A stretch of 48,024 nt of DNA from Nitrospirota bacterium (GTDB taxonomy: Bacteria; Nitrospirota; UBA9217). The stretch spans positions 1-48,024 of the forward strand of contig JAOUEV010000024.1 in assembly GCA_029858565.1 (NCBI GenBank). The letters run 5' to 3'. Both the position numbers and the translations under genes were made by a program. The notes under the pieces are model-generated. The model was not told the DNA's origin, searched no databases, and worked only from the letters and a program-made list of their open reading frames with translations. Positions 29,480 through 39,520 of this stretch are shown in pieces (positions within the stretch are counted from its first letter, which is position 1; each line of letters opens with the position of its first letter).

Positions 29480-30670
29480 TCATTTCCGGTCCTTCCACGA
29501 CGGCACGGGATACACATAGGGCTTGCTGGCATGGGACTTGGGCCAAATGGTCTCGAACTCGCCCTTCTGCACCTGGATGGCAAGGGTCTCGTGGAAGTTC
29601 TGGTTCTGGTAGCCTTCCTTGTCCTCGAACTTCACCGGTCCATAGGCGGTCTTCAGGTTCGTGGCCTTCAGCGCGTCGCGGATGGCATCTGCTGTCCAGT
29701 CCTTGGCGCGGTTCAGTGCGTCCGCAGCCACATACAGAGCGGCATAGGCAGAGGCGCCGTGGTAGGAGGGATAGTCGCCGTGCTTTGCTTTATACTTGTC
29801 AGCGAATTCCCTGGCGCCGGGATACTTGAGCTGCGGGGTCCACAGCGTGGCGCTGACCACATATTCCGCCGCGTCCTGGGCGCCCTTGATGAACTCGGGT
29901 ATGGCAAATCCGGCGGCGCCGCCGGCATAGAGCTTCATATCGATCCGCAGTTCTTTTGCCTGCTTCATGATCAGCTGCGCTTCGTTGGCATAGGCAACGG
30001 TATAGACGACGTCAGGCTGGGCCGCCTTGACCTTGGACAGCAGGGGCTTGAAATCGATCGCGCCGGTCTCGAACTTCTCCTTGACCACGACCTTCGCGCC
30101 CATGGGGGCGGCGTCCTTTTCCATGGCGTCTGCGCCCGAGGTGCCGAAGGCCGAGCTCTCGTAGAGGATGGCAATGGTCTTGGGCTTGACGACCTCCTTC
30201 AGGAAGGATACGACCGCGTCGCCATAGTGGGCGTTCACCTGGTTCTGGCGGAACACATATTTGTAGTTCTTCTGGGTGATGTCGTCATCGGCGCTTGCCA
30301 CGACCAGGTAGGGGGTCTTGCGTTCCTCGGCAATAGCGGCTACCGCTTTGGCGCAGGACGAGGTGTATTCACCGACAATGATCGGCTGCTTCTTCGTATC
30401 GATCAGCTTTTCCACGATCGAACGCGCGATCTCGGGTTTGCCTGTCGAGTCTTCAAAGGACAGGGCGATCTTCCTGCCCTTGACCCCGCCCTTGGCATTG
30501 ATCTCCTCAGCAGCGATCTCGTAGGAGCGTTTCATGATCTCACCGAACTTAGCCGGTTTTCCGGTAAGCGGCAGCGGGATAACCAGATCGAACGCGTCCG
30601 CCGCAAGAACGGGTGCCGCGAACAGACCGAACAGGAACAGCAGGGAGACAGCAACGGCGAGATGTTTCAT
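29480..30670 (-). CDS. livK: Branched-chain amino acid ABC substrate-binding protein
   Basis: Signal peptide, PLTG, EINAKGGV.GR, periplasmic binding protein type 1 pattern. Confidence 0.88.
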   Translation of the reverse strand: MKHLAVAVSLLFLFGLFAAPVLAADAFDLVIPLPLTGKPAKFGEIMKRSYEIAAEEINAKGGVKGRKIALSFEDSTGKPEIARSIVEKLIDTKKQPIIVGEYTSSCAKAVAAIAEERKTPYLVVASADDDITQKNYKYVFRQNQVNAHYGDAVVSFLKEVVKPKTIAILYESSAFGTSGADAMEKDAAPMGAKVVVKEKFETGAIDFKPLLSKVKAAQPDVVYTVAYANEAQLIMKQAKELRIDMKLYAGGAAGFAIPEFIKGAQDAAEYVVSATLWTPQLKYPGAREFADKYKAKHGDYPSYHGASAYAALYVAADALNRAKDWTADAIRDALKATNLKTAYGPVKFEDKEGYQNQNFHETLAIQVQKGEFETIWPKSHASKPYVYPVPSWKDRK

Positions 30671-30783
30671 GGGAGGCCTCCTTCAGGCAAGCGGGATTGA
30701 GCAATAGGGATAGTTTATGGATTGATTAGAATCATTAATAGCACAAGGAGGGGGTTATTTCAACGTCAATTTTCAGTTTTACA

Positions 30784-31524
30784 TCATGTGGACCGTGTTT
30801 TCAGGAATTCCCGGTTCAGTTTTGCGATGAACCGGACCCTGATGCCTTTGGGACAGGCGGATTCGCACTCATAGTGATTGCCGCAGTTCCCGAATCCCTG
30901 GCGGAGCATTTCCTCGGTCATCATGCAGACCCGCCTTCCCGCCTCGATCTTCCCCTGGGGAAGGCTGGCAAGGTGGGTCACCTTGGCGGCAGTGAAGAGC
31001 ATGGCCGAGCCGTTCGGGCACGCGGCAACGCAGGCGCCGCAGCCGATGCATTCAGCAGCGTCCATGGCCGTATCGGCATCACTTTTGGGGATGAGGATCG
31101 CGTTGCCGTCAGCAACGCCGCCGGTATGGACCGAGATATAGCCTCCGGACTGGATGATCCTGTCCAGGCTCCCGCGGTCGATAACCAGGTCCTTGACCAC
31201 CGGAAAGGCCAGGGCGCGAAAAGGCTCGATATAGATGGTGTCGCCATCCTGGTAGTTCCGCATATGGAGCTGACAGGTGGTGGTGAGCTTGCGCGGACCA
31301 TGGGGTGTTCCGTTCACTGCCTGGCCGCAGGCGCCGCAGATGCCCTCGCGGCAGTCGCTGTCAAAAGCGATGGGTTCCTCGCCCCGCCTGATCAGGTCCT
31401 CGTTCACCACATCGAGCATCTCGAGAAAGGACATGTCAGGCGAGATGTCCCGTGCCTCGTACTGGACGAGCCTGCCTTTTTCCTTCGGTCCTGCCTGGCG
31501 CCAGACATACAGCGTAAGGTTCAT
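30784..31524 (-). CDS. sdhB: Succinate dehydrogenase/fumarate reductase Fe-S subunit
   Basis: [32 protein letters not shown]. Confidence 0.95.
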   Translation of the reverse strand: MNLTLYVWRQAGPKEKGRLVQYEARDISPDMSFLEMLDVVNEDLIRRGEEPIAFDSDCREGICGACGQAVNGTPHGPRKLTTTCQLHMRNYQDGDTIYIEPFRALAFPVVKDLVIDRGSLDRIIQSGGYISVHTGGVADGNAILIPKSDADTAMDAAECIGCGACVAACPNGSAMLFTAAKVTHLASLPQGKIEAGRRVCMMTEEMLRQGFGNCGNHYECESACPKGIRVRFIAKLNREFLKTRST

Positions 31525-31564
31525 TTCTTTCCCTCGGTTATACGTGGGGCTATTCGATGGATAC

Positions 31565-31633
31565 AGGGCTAAAGGATGGCGGCTTAAGAAGAGCCGATTT
31601 CTAATCCCTTAATCCTGATAGTCCTCTTAACCC
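31565..31633. repeat. Degenerate GGATTA/TAATCC inverted tandem element
   Basis: TAATCCCT TAATCCTGA TAGTCCTCT TAACCCT with a degenerate left arm, between sdhA and sdhB. Confidence 0.55.
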
Positions 31634-33547
31634 TTACTTATAGTTTCTCACCGCCAGCTCCACGTTCTCGAACGTCAGCGGTTCCTTATGCAGCGCAGGT
31701 TCTTTGCCTTCACCCTGATATTCCCACGCCGCGATATGGGCGAAGTTCGCGTCGTCCCGCTTGGCCTCATGGTCCGGCGTCTGGTGCTCGATGCGAAAGT
31801 GGCCGCCGCAGGATTCCTCGCGGAGAAGCGCGTCGCGGGTCATGAGCTCGCTGAACTCCAGGAAGTCGGCGACCCTGCCGGCCTTCTCGAGCTGCTGGTT
31901 AAGCTGCTCTCCGGTGCCGGGAACCTTCACGTTCTCCCAGAATTCTGCGCGCAGCTCAGGGATGCGCTTGAGCGCGCTGGTGAGGCTCTCCTTGCTTCTC
32001 GCCATGCCGACGTTCTCCCACATGAGCCTGCCGAGCTCGCGATGGAAATCACTTGCCGTCCTCTTCCCTTTGACCTGAAGCAGTTTTTCCGTGTATGCCG
32101 CGGCAGCCTCGCGGGATTGCCGGAATTCCTGGTGGTCGGCCCGTACCGCACCGGGAGCGACCCGGGCCAGATAATCCGCCAGGGTGTAGGGGATAATGAA
32201 GTAGCCGTCTGCCAGCCCCTGCATCAGGGCGCTCGCGCCCAGCCGGTTAGCGCCGTGATCTGAGAAATTCGCTTCTCCGAGCGCGAACAAGCCGGGGACC
32301 GTGCTCATGAGGTTGTAGTCCACCCACAGTCCGCCCATGGAGTAGTGCGGCGCGGGATAGATGCGCATGGGACGCCGGTAGGCGTTCTCATCGGTGATCC
32401 GCTCGTACATCTCAAAGAGATTGCCGTAGCGTTCCCGGATCGTGCTCTCTCCCAGCCGTTCGATGGCGTTCCGGAAATCGAGATACACGCCCCGTCTGCC
32501 GGGCCCGACCCCGCGGCCTTCGTCGCAGACCTCCTTGGCTGCGCGCGACGCGATGTCGCGGGGAGCCAGGTTCCCGTATGCGGGATATTTCCGCTCGAGA
32601 TAGTAGTCGCGGTCACTTTCCGGGATGCTGCCCGGCTCCCGCTTGTCGTCCCGGTCCTTCGGCACCCATACCCTGCCGTCGTTCCTGAGGGATTCCGACA
32701 TGAGCGTGAGCTTGGACTGGTGGTCCCCGGTCACGGGGATGCAGGTGGGGTGGATCTGGGTGAAGCAGGGATTGGCGAAAAAAGCCCCCTTCTTGAACGC
32801 ACGGAACGCGGCGGTCACGTTCGAGCCGATCGCGTTCGTGGAGAGATAGAATACATTGGTGTAGCCGCCGGTGGCCAGGCAGACGGCGTCACCGGCAAAG
32901 GACGCAACCTTGCCGGTCACCAGGTCACGGACCGTGATCCCCCTCGCGTGGCCGTCAACGACCACGAGGTCGAGCATCTCGGTCCGGGGGTGGAGGAGGA
33001 CGGAACCGAGCCGGACCTGCCGCATGAGGCTGCCGTAGGCGCCGAGCAGAAGTTGCTGTCCTGTCTGACCCCGGGCATAGAAGGTTCGCGAGACCTGGGC
33101 GCCGCCAAAGGACCGGTTGTCCAGGTAACCAGCGTAGTCGCGGGCAAAGGGCACACCCTGGGCCACTGCCTGGTCGATGATGTTCGCGCTCACCTGCGCA
33201 AGGCGGTAGACGTTCGCCTCGCGGGACCGGAAATCGCCGCCCTTGATCGTGTCCTGGAACAGGCGCCAGATGCTGTCCCCGTCGTTCGGGTAGTTCTTTG
33301 CCGCGTTGATGCCGCCCTGGGCAGCGATGCTGTGGCCGCGGCGCGGCGAGTCCTGGAAGCAGAAAGCGTCTACAGTGTAGCCGAGTTCTCCGAGCGTGGC
33401 CGCGGCGGAAGCCCCGGCAAGGCCGGTGCCGACCACGATCACGCGGTACTTGCGCTTGTTCGCGGGAGCAACAAGCTTCAGCTCCTGCTTTCTGCGGTCC
33501 CATTTTTCCTGAAGGGGGCCGGAAGGTATTTTAGGATCGAGTGTCAT
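31634..33547 (-). CDS. sdhA: Succinate dehydrogenase/fumarate reductase flavoprotein
   Basis: [49 protein letters not shown]. Confidence 0.96.
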   Translation of the reverse strand: MTLDPKIPSGPLQEKWDRRKQELKLVAPANKRKYRVIVVGTGLAGASAAATLGELGYTVDAFCFQDSPRRGHSIAAQGGINAAKNYPNDGDSIWRLFQDTIKGGDFRSREANVYRLAQVSANIIDQAVAQGVPFARDYAGYLDNRSFGGAQVSRTFYARGQTGQQLLLGAYGSLMRQVRLGSVLLHPRTEMLDLVVVDGHARGITVRDLVTGKVASFAGDAVCLATGGYTNVFYLSTNAIGSNVTAAFRAFKKGAFFANPCFTQIHPTCIPVTGDHQSKLTLMSESLRNDGRVWVPKDRDDKREPGSIPESDRDYYLERKYPAYGNLAPRDIASRAAKEVCDEGRGVGPGRRGVYLDFRNAIERLGESTIRERYGNLFEMYERITDENAYRRPMRIYPAPHYSMGGLWVDYNLMSTVPGLFALGEANFSDHGANRLGASALMQGLADGYFIIPYTLADYLARVAPGAVRADHQEFRQSREAAAAYTEKLLQVKGKRTASDFHRELGRLMWENVGMARSKESLTSALKRIPELRAEFWENVKVPGTGEQLNQQLEKAGRVADFLEFSELMTRDALLREESCGGHFRIEHQTPDHEAKRDDANFAHIAAWEYQGEGKEPALHKEPLTFENVELAVRNYK

Positions 33548-33581
33548 AGATTCTATCTCATACAAGTCAAAAGCAACTGCG

Positions 33582-33679
33582 TCTCGCGCAAAGACGCAAA
33601 GACGCAAAGGAAAGCCTTAAATTAGAAAACGGGTAAATGTTATTTGCCTTTCTTTGCGGCTTAGCGTCTTTGCGCGAGA
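33582..33679. repeat. Inverted tandem-repeat element, 8-mer CGCAAAGA type
   Basis: TCTCGCGCAAAGACGCAAAGACGCAAAG...CTTTGCGGCTTAGCGTCTTTGCGCGAGA. Confidence 0.9.
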
Positions 33680-33693
33680 TAGTAGTTCTCTTT

Positions 33694-34359
33694 TCACTTC
33701 AGCAATCCCATAACGATCGCCGCCGGTATCGCCGCATAGGCCAGCAGCAGGATGAGCGCTGCAAGCCGGCTTCCTTTTTTAATATAAGGAAAGCTTTTTT
33801 CCCCGTTCAAGCCCCAGGTCTGGAAAGAGCTCTGGATCCCATGGGACAAATGCAGCCAGACCGCGAGCAGTCCCGCCGCATAGACCAAGAGGATGCCGAT
33901 CCTGCGGAAGGCTGCAAAGACCATGGCGAAGACGTCCGGCCTGCCCGCGGCATCGGGATGGGTGACCGCAGCTGTTGACGGATCGATGGTCTGAAAGGTG
34001 AAGTGAAGAAGGTGATAGATAAGGAACGAGCCGATCGCAGTTCCGGTCCAGATCATGTTCCTGCTGCTGAACGTCGACGCGGCATATTCCTGGACAGCAT
34101 AGGTCCGCGGCTTGGCCTCACGGTTCTCGATGGTCACCTGGATGCCGTAGAAAACGTGGAGCATGATGGCGGCGAGCATCACTGACCGGAATATCCAGAG
34201 CAGGAGGGGAAGCGCGTGGAGCCCTGCAGCGTAAGCGTTCAGGGTCCGGTAAAAGATTGTCGAGTTGCCCAGAACGTGCAGGATGATGAAGATGATCATC
34301 AGCTGGCCTGTGGCGGCCATCAGGAGCTTTCTGGCGACAGTGGATGCAGGGAGGGACAT
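33694..34359 (-). CDS. sdhC: Succinate dehydrogenase cytochrome b subunit (5 TM)
   Basis: RK..MA.TG, H..GN, HLLHF, HLSHG..S.FQT.G. Confidence 0.92.
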   Translation of the reverse strand: MSLPASTVARKLLMAATGQLMIIFIILHVLGNSTIFYRTLNAYAAGLHALPLLLWIFRSVMLAAIMLHVFYGIQVTIENREAKPRTYAVQEYAASTFSSRNMIWTGTAIGSFLIYHLLHFTFQTIDPSTAAVTHPDAAGRPDVFAMVFAAFRRIGILLVYAAGLLAVWLHLSHGIQSSFQTWGLNGEKSFPYIKKGSRLAALILLLAYAAIPAAIVMGLLK

Positions 34360-34394
34360 TCTTCAACCTCGGATCATATTCAAAGCGCATCTAT

Positions 34395-34492
34395 TTTACC
34401 ACGGAGGCACAGAGGACACGGAGATAATACCTCGATTATTCGGCAGACGCCAGGTTCTTGTCCGCGTCTCCCTGTCACCGCGTCACCGTGTC
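34395..34492. repeat. Tandem-repeat element with non-matching arms (9-mer left, 8-mer right)
   Basis: ACCACGGAGGCACAGAGGACACGGAG...TCCGCGTC TCCCTGTC ACCGCGTC ACCGTGTC. Confidence 0.75.
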
Positions 34493-34495
34493 AGT

Positions 34496-35881
34496 TTATT
34501 GCTGCCCCGCGCCGCTCCCGGTCAGCTTCCCGGGATCGAGCAGCCGGTCCAGCTCTTCCCGTGAAAGGTCCGTCATCTCGGCCGCCACATCCCTGATCGG
34601 CCGGCCTTCCTTATATGCTTGCTTCGCGATCTCGGCTGCCCGGTCATAGCCGATCACGCTGTTCAGCGCCGTGACCAGGATGGGATTGCGGTCGAGCGAT
34701 GCCGCTATGCGGTCCCTGTTCACGGTGAACCCCGCGATCGCCTTGTCCGCAAAGAGCCGGCTCGCGTTCCCGAGCAGGGTGATGGACTGGAGCAGGTCGT
34801 GGGCGACCAGGGGCATCATGACGTTCAGTTCGAAGTTGCCGTGGGAGTTGCTGATCGCGATCGCCGCGTCATTCCCGATCACCCGGGCCGACACCATCAT
34901 CATCATCTCGCACATGACCGGGTTCACCTTGCCGGGCATGATGCTCGATCCCGGCTGGAGCGGCGGAAGGCTGATCTCTCCCAATCCCGCGAGCGGGCCG
35001 CTGTTCATCCACCGGAGGTCGTTCGCCATCTTGATGAACGATGTTGCCGCGGTCCTCAGCTGGCCCGAGAGCTCCGCTGCCGTGTCCAGGGTCGCCTGGG
35101 CCGCGAAGTGGTCCTGAGCCTCACGAAAAGGGATGCCGGTCCGCTTTTCCAGACGGGCAGCGATCTTCCGTCCGAAGCCCGCCGGGGCATTGATGCCGGT
35201 TCCGACCGCCGTACCCCCGATCGCCAGCCGGGCCAGCCGCGGCAGACAGGACTCGATGCGTTCGATCGATTGATGGACCTGGAACGCCCACCCGCCGATC
35301 TCCTGCGCCATCGTGACCGGCATGGCATCCATGAGATGGGTCCGGCCGGTCTTGACGATGTCGCCGAGCTCGGCTTCCCGTTTGCGCAGGGTCGATTCAA
35401 GGTGAGCGAGGGAAGGCAGAAGCAATTCCTTGAGCTGCAGGTAGGCGCTCACATGGATCGCCGCGGGGATCACGTCGTTCGACGACTGGCCGCTGTTCAC
35501 ATGGTTGTTCGGATGGGCCGCGGGTTCTCCCAGAGCCCGCGCACGAGAAGCGATGACCTCGTTGGCGTTCATGTTCGTGGAGGTTCCGGAGCCGGTCTGG
35601 AAGATATCGAGCGGAAAGTGGCTGTCCCATTTCCCTTCGGCGACCTCGAGCGCGGCCTCGCGAACGGCCCTTGCCGGTCCCGCGTCGATCAGGCCCAGCT
35701 CTCCGTTCTCTTCGGCAGCCGCGGCCTTGATCAGCCCCAGAGCACGGATAAAGACCCGGGGAAAGCCGATGCCGCTCACCGGGAAGTTCTCGACCGCCCG
35801 CTGGGTCTGGGCGCCGTAGAGCGCATCAACAGGGACTTTTATCTCGCCGAGGGAATCTTTTTCTATTCTATAGTCGGTCAT
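34496..35881 (-). CDS. fumC: Class II fumarate hydratase
   Basis: QTGSGTSTNMNANEV, GRTHLMDA, PGSSIMPGKVNP. Confidence 0.96.
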   Translation of the reverse strand: MTDYRIEKDSLGEIKVPVDALYGAQTQRAVENFPVSGIGFPRVFIRALGLIKAAAAEENGELGLIDAGPARAVREAALEVAEGKWDSHFPLDIFQTGSGTSTNMNANEVIASRARALGEPAAHPNNHVNSGQSSNDVIPAAIHVSAYLQLKELLLPSLAHLESTLRKREAELGDIVKTGRTHLMDAMPVTMAQEIGGWAFQVHQSIERIESCLPRLARLAIGGTAVGTGINAPAGFGRKIAARLEKRTGIPFREAQDHFAAQATLDTAAELSGQLRTAATSFIKMANDLRWMNSGPLAGLGEISLPPLQPGSSIMPGKVNPVMCEMMMMVSARVIGNDAAIAISNSHGNFELNVMMPLVAHDLLQSITLLGNASRLFADKAIAGFTVNRDRIAASLDRNPILVTALNSVIGYDRAAEIAKQAYKEGRPIRDVAAEMTDLSREELDRLLDPGKLTGSGAGQQ

Positions 35882-35885
35882 AGGG

Positions 35886-36001
35886 CAGTCGTAAGTCAGT
35901 CGTGAAACAGTCAAGAAGCAGTCGAGATGCAGTCTGGAACGTCATGAAACAGTCGTAAATCAGTCAAGATGCAGTCGTGAAGTTGTCATAGGTTGTCGAG
36001 A
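35886..36001 (+). repeat. Tandem array of about 11 copies of an 11-mer CAGTC-N6
   Basis: CAGTCGTAAGT CAGTCGTGAAA CAGTCAAGAAG CAGTCGAGATG...; inverted partial copy at 36221-36238. Confidence 0.9.
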
Positions 36002-36013
36002 GGCCGCCTATAA

Positions 36014-36214
36014 TCAGTCGGCATTCAAGTACTTCATGAAACCATTTATCAATTTCCCGGTTTCTAGAGCTGCATCATATGCTCCCTGGAATTCCTTCTT
36101 GGCAATATATCCGAGATCCAAAGCAACATAAAGCTGGCTCTGAACTTCGGCGGTGGAACCGAGAGAAATACCGAGGAAACGTTTGAATTCCTTATCGCCC
36201 GTTCGCGCAAATCC
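36014..36214 (-). pseudogene. 5'-truncated four-helix-bundle (23S rRNA IVP-like) protein gene
   Basis: Manual translation GFARTGDKEFKRFLGISLGSTAEVQSQLYVALDLGYI...LINGFMKYLNAD*; lacks the N-terminal half and a start codon; lower GC. Confidence 0.85.
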
Positions 36215-36235
36215 TGCTGTAAGACTGCTTTTCGA

Positions 36236-37654
36236 CTATCTCTCCGCCAATCCCGTCTTCCTCGCCGCCTCCGATACCGCGTGCGCTACCGCATGGACGA
36301 CCCGTTTCTCAAAGGGGCTCGGGACGATGTAGTCCTCGTGAAGTTCTTCGGTCTTTACCATATGGGCGATGGCGTTTGCGGCGGCGAGTTTCACTTCCTC
36401 GTTCACGCCTTTCGCGTGCACGTCCAGCAGGCCGCGGAAGATGCCGGGATAGGCGAGCATATTGTTGATCTGGTTCGGGAAGTCGGACCTGCCTGTTGCC
36501 ATGATCTTCACAAGCGGCAGCGCCACGTCGGGAGAGATCTCCGGGTCCGGATTCGCAAGCGCGAAGACAATGGGGTCCTTTGCCATGCCTTTAATGTCCT
36601 TGGCTGTGATCACGTTCGGCGCGGACACGCCGATGAACACGTTCGCGCCGGCCATGGCGTCGGAGATCGTGCCTTTGATCCTGCGGGGGTTCGTGATCTT
36701 CGCGAGCGCCGAGAGGTGAGGATTCATGTGCGTGCGTCTGCCGGCGTAGACCGTGCCCTGGCTGTCGCAGACCGTGATGTCCCTGATGCCGTAGGCCAGC
36801 AGGATCTTGGCGATCGCGGTGCCTGCGGCGCCCGCGCCGACCATGGCCACCCTGAACTTCCTGATGTCCTTCCTGAGCAGCCGGCCCACATTGATCAGCG
36901 CGGAAAGGGCCACGACCGCGGTGCCGTGCTGGTCGTCGTGGATCACCGGCATGGCCAGGGCCTTTCGGAGACGCATCTCGATATCAAAGCAGCGCGGAGC
37001 GGAGATGTCCTCGAGATTCATGCCGCCGAAGGGTGTGGCGATGTTCTTGACGGTCTCCACGATCTCGTCGGGGTCCTTGGTCCGGAGCGCGATGGGGAAG
37101 GCGTCGATATCCGCGAACTCCTTGAAGATCATGGCCTTGCCTTCCATCACCGGCATGGCAGCATCCGGTCCGATGTCACCGAGGCCGAGCACCGCGGTGC
37201 CGTCGGTGATGATGGCCACGGTGTTCTTCTTGATCGTATAGCGGTAGACGTGTTCGGGATGGTGAAAGATATCCATGCAGACCCGGGCGACCCCGGGAGT
37301 ATAGACCTGGGACAGGTCGCTCCGGTCGCGGATCTGCATTTTGCTCCGGATCTCGATCTTGCCGCCCTCGTGGGACGAGAAGGTGCGGTCCATGGTCTTC
37401 AGCACCCGTACGCCGCCCACGGCCCTGATCGAGGCGGCGATCTCTTTTTCATGCTCCGCGTCACGCGCGTCCACGGTCACGTCGCGGATGATCTTGCCCC
37501 GTTCCGCGCGCACGATGTCCACAGCGCCAAGATTGCCGCCCGCGATGCTGATGGCGGTCGCGATCTGGGCGAACTTGCCGATCACATTGTCGATCTCCAG
37601 GCGCATCTGGATGCTGTAGCTGGGGCTGGTGGAGCAGGTATAAGGTGCCTTCAT
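36236..37654 (-). CDS. NAD(P)-dependent malic enzyme with N-terminal ACT domain
   Basis: YTPGVA, DGTAVLGLGDIG, EGKA..FK, NLEDI.AP.CF, HDDQHGTA, ATGRSD.PNQ.NN; SD AAGGAG before 37654. Confidence 0.93.
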   Translation of the reverse strand: MKAPYTCSTSPSYSIQMRLEIDNVIGKFAQIATAISIAGGNLGAVDIVRAERGKIIRDVTVDARDAEHEKEIAASIRAVGGVRVLKTMDRTFSSHEGGKIEIRSKMQIRDRSDLSQVYTPGVARVCMDIFHHPEHVYRYTIKKNTVAIITDGTAVLGLGDIGPDAAMPVMEGKAMIFKEFADIDAFPIALRTKDPDEIVETVKNIATPFGGMNLEDISAPRCFDIEMRLRKALAMPVIHDDQHGTAVVALSALINVGRLLRKDIRKFRVAMVGAGAAGTAIAKILLAYGIRDITVCDSQGTVYAGRRTHMNPHLSALAKITNPRRIKGTISDAMAGANVFIGVSAPNVITAKDIKGMAKDPIVFALANPDPEISPDVALPLVKIMATGRSDFPNQINNMLAYPGIFRGLLDVHAKGVNEEVKLAAANAIAHMVKTEELHEDYIVPSPFEKRVVHAVAHAVSEAARKTGLAER

Positions 37655-37838
37655 GGCATCCGCTCCTTCAATCAAGAGGAAATCTGCCGGATAAACAACG
37701 TTAACAGGGATGCAGGGCTTTGTCAAGACACTCCGGCGGGCCCTCCCGGCGGACAGTCTCCTTGATTTCCCGCCTGATATATAGTAGCCTTGAATCAGGT
37801 CCGCGGGACAACCTATTCCAGGGACAGGTGCGGGAACC

Positions 37839-39110
37839 ATGACGAAACAGCATGAGCAGCTCCACCGGGATGAAACAGTGCTCAGGAGCATGGGCATGAC
37901 CGAATTGCGTTCGATCTACGAGGATATGGGTCTCACGCAGGAGGAACTGGCCATTTTGACCCGACCCCGGCGGATAGTGACCGCGACCTTTCCGGTCACC
38001 TTGAAGAACGGAAGAATCCGCATGTTCCTGGGCCACCGGGTCCTGTACAACGATGCCCGGGGGCCTGCCAAGGGCGGCATTCGCTTCCATCCCGACCTGA
38101 CCGTGGAGGACGTGAGCGAGCTCGCCTTTCTCATGGCGCTCAAATGCGCCGTAGTGAACATTCCCTTTGGCGGGTCCAAGGGCGGGGTGAAGGTGAATCC
38201 GGCGGAACTTGATTCTCACGAACTGGAGCAGGTGACGCGCGCCTACATCCGCGCCGTTGCCGATGACATCGGGCCGTACAAGGACATACCGGCGCCTGAT
38301 GTGTACACGGACGAGCGGACCATGGCCTGGATCCTTGACGAGTACGAGCGCATCATGCGGCGTCACCAGCCGGCGGTCGTGACGGGCAAGCCTCCGGCCC
38401 TGGGAGGGATCGAGGCCCGGCGCTATTCCACCGCACTGGGCGGCGTGCATGTGCTGGAAGAGGCCATGAAGGAGCGCGGTCTGACGCCGAAAGGCGCGCG
38501 CGCCGCGGTCCAGGGATTCGGCAACGTGGGCGAGAACATGGCGCGGCTGCTGCATGAGCGAGGCTGCCGGGTGGTCGCGGTGAGCGATGTGAACGGAGGT
38601 ACAGCCAACCCGTCCGGTCTGGATATTGAGGCGCTCCGGCGGCACAAGGCCGGATCGGGTACCGTGGCCGGCTTTTCCGGAGGGAAAAGGATCTCGAACG
38701 AGGAACTGCTCGCCGTGGACTGCGAAATCCTGGTGCCCGCGGCCTTGTCGAACCAGCTCCATGCGGGGAACGCGAAGGAGGTCAAGGCCTCGATCGTGCT
38801 CGAACTCGCCAACGGCCCGACAACCGTTGACGCAGACGACATGTTCTATGCCCGCGATATCATGGTGGTCCCGGACATCCTTGCCAATGCCGGCGGAGTG
38901 GTGGTGAGCTACTTCGAGTGGGTCCAGAACCTGAGCAATGACTTCTGGCCGGAGGAGAAAGTGCTGAAGCGGCTGCACAGGACCATGACCACTGCTTTCA
39001 GCGACGTCCATGCCAGGTGCCGGGGAGGAAAGTGCCGTCTGCGCAAAGCAGCCTACGAACTGGGCGTTCGCAGGATCCTCGATGCCGAGCGTCTGCGAGG
39101 AAATCTTTGA
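37839..39110 (+). CDS. gdhA: Glu/Leu/Phe/Val dehydrogenase (glutamate dehydrogenase)
   Basis: KGGIRFHP, PFGGSKGG, DIPAPD, VTGKP, QGFGNVG, NAGGVVVSYFEW. Confidence 0.9.
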   Translation: MTKQHEQLHRDETVLRSMGMTELRSIYEDMGLTQEELAILTRPRRIVTATFPVTLKNGRIRMFLGHRVLYNDARGPAKGGIRFHPDLTVEDVSELAFLMALKCAVVNIPFGGSKGGVKVNPAELDSHELEQVTRAYIRAVADDIGPYKDIPAPDVYTDERTMAWILDEYERIMRRHQPAVVTGKPPALGGIEARRYSTALGGVHVLEEAMKERGLTPKGARAAVQGFGNVGENMARLLHERGCRVVAVSDVNGGTANPSGLDIEALRRHKAGSGTVAGFSGGKRISNEELLAVDCEILVPAALSNQLHAGNAKEVKASIVLELANGPTTVDADDMFYARDIMVVPDILANAGGVVVSYFEWVQNLSNDFWPEEKVLKRLHRTMTTAFSDVHARCRGGKCRLRKAAYELGVRRILDAERLRGNL

Positions 39111-39237
39111 TAAGGGCCATCGCGCTGCAACGCGCCGGTCATTGTATCCTTTGTAGTAGAGACGGTCAATTCTTCCGGTAATTGTCACCTCTTCAGATAA
39201 TTCTGCAGCAAAACTTCCATTCTGTGTCACCAATGAT

Positions 39238-39279
39238 ACATAGGAGTTCATTTTGCTTAAGCAAAATGAACTCCTATGT
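39238..39279. repeat. Perfect 42-bp spacerless palindrome
   Basis: ACATAGGAGTTCATTTTGCTT|AAGCAAAATGAACTCCTATGT, 21/21 pairs checked by hand. Confidence 0.95.
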
Positions 39280-39520
39280 TCTAATGCGCAAAACAGATCA
39301 TTTGGCAGCTCAAACATGGCCGGAGGCAACCTGCAGAAAAACAATGAGTTGTTTGTTGTGCTGATGAAAAGCACCTGGTGACGCATGCTCAATATTGCCG
39401 GGTATGGTTGTTGCAAATATATTTTTTCAGGAACCAATAAATCATGCTGCTCTGGAAGGAGTATAGGTGAAGTAATCAACCTAAGTGCGACAACAGGGAA
39501 GAAAGTGCAGGTGATGAGAT

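Noticed and set aside
35886-36001. CAGTC-N6 array as a mini-CRISPR
   Set aside because: The 5-bp constant part and 6-bp variable part are far too short; no cas genes or leader
36014-36214. Diversity-generating retroelement (Avd-like gene)
   Set aside because: No RT, and no template/variable repeat pair with adenine-specific mismatches was seen in the window
37655-37897. N-terminal extension of malic enzyme
   Set aside because: Overlaps the gdhA start and the divergent promoter region; SD-supported ATG at 37654
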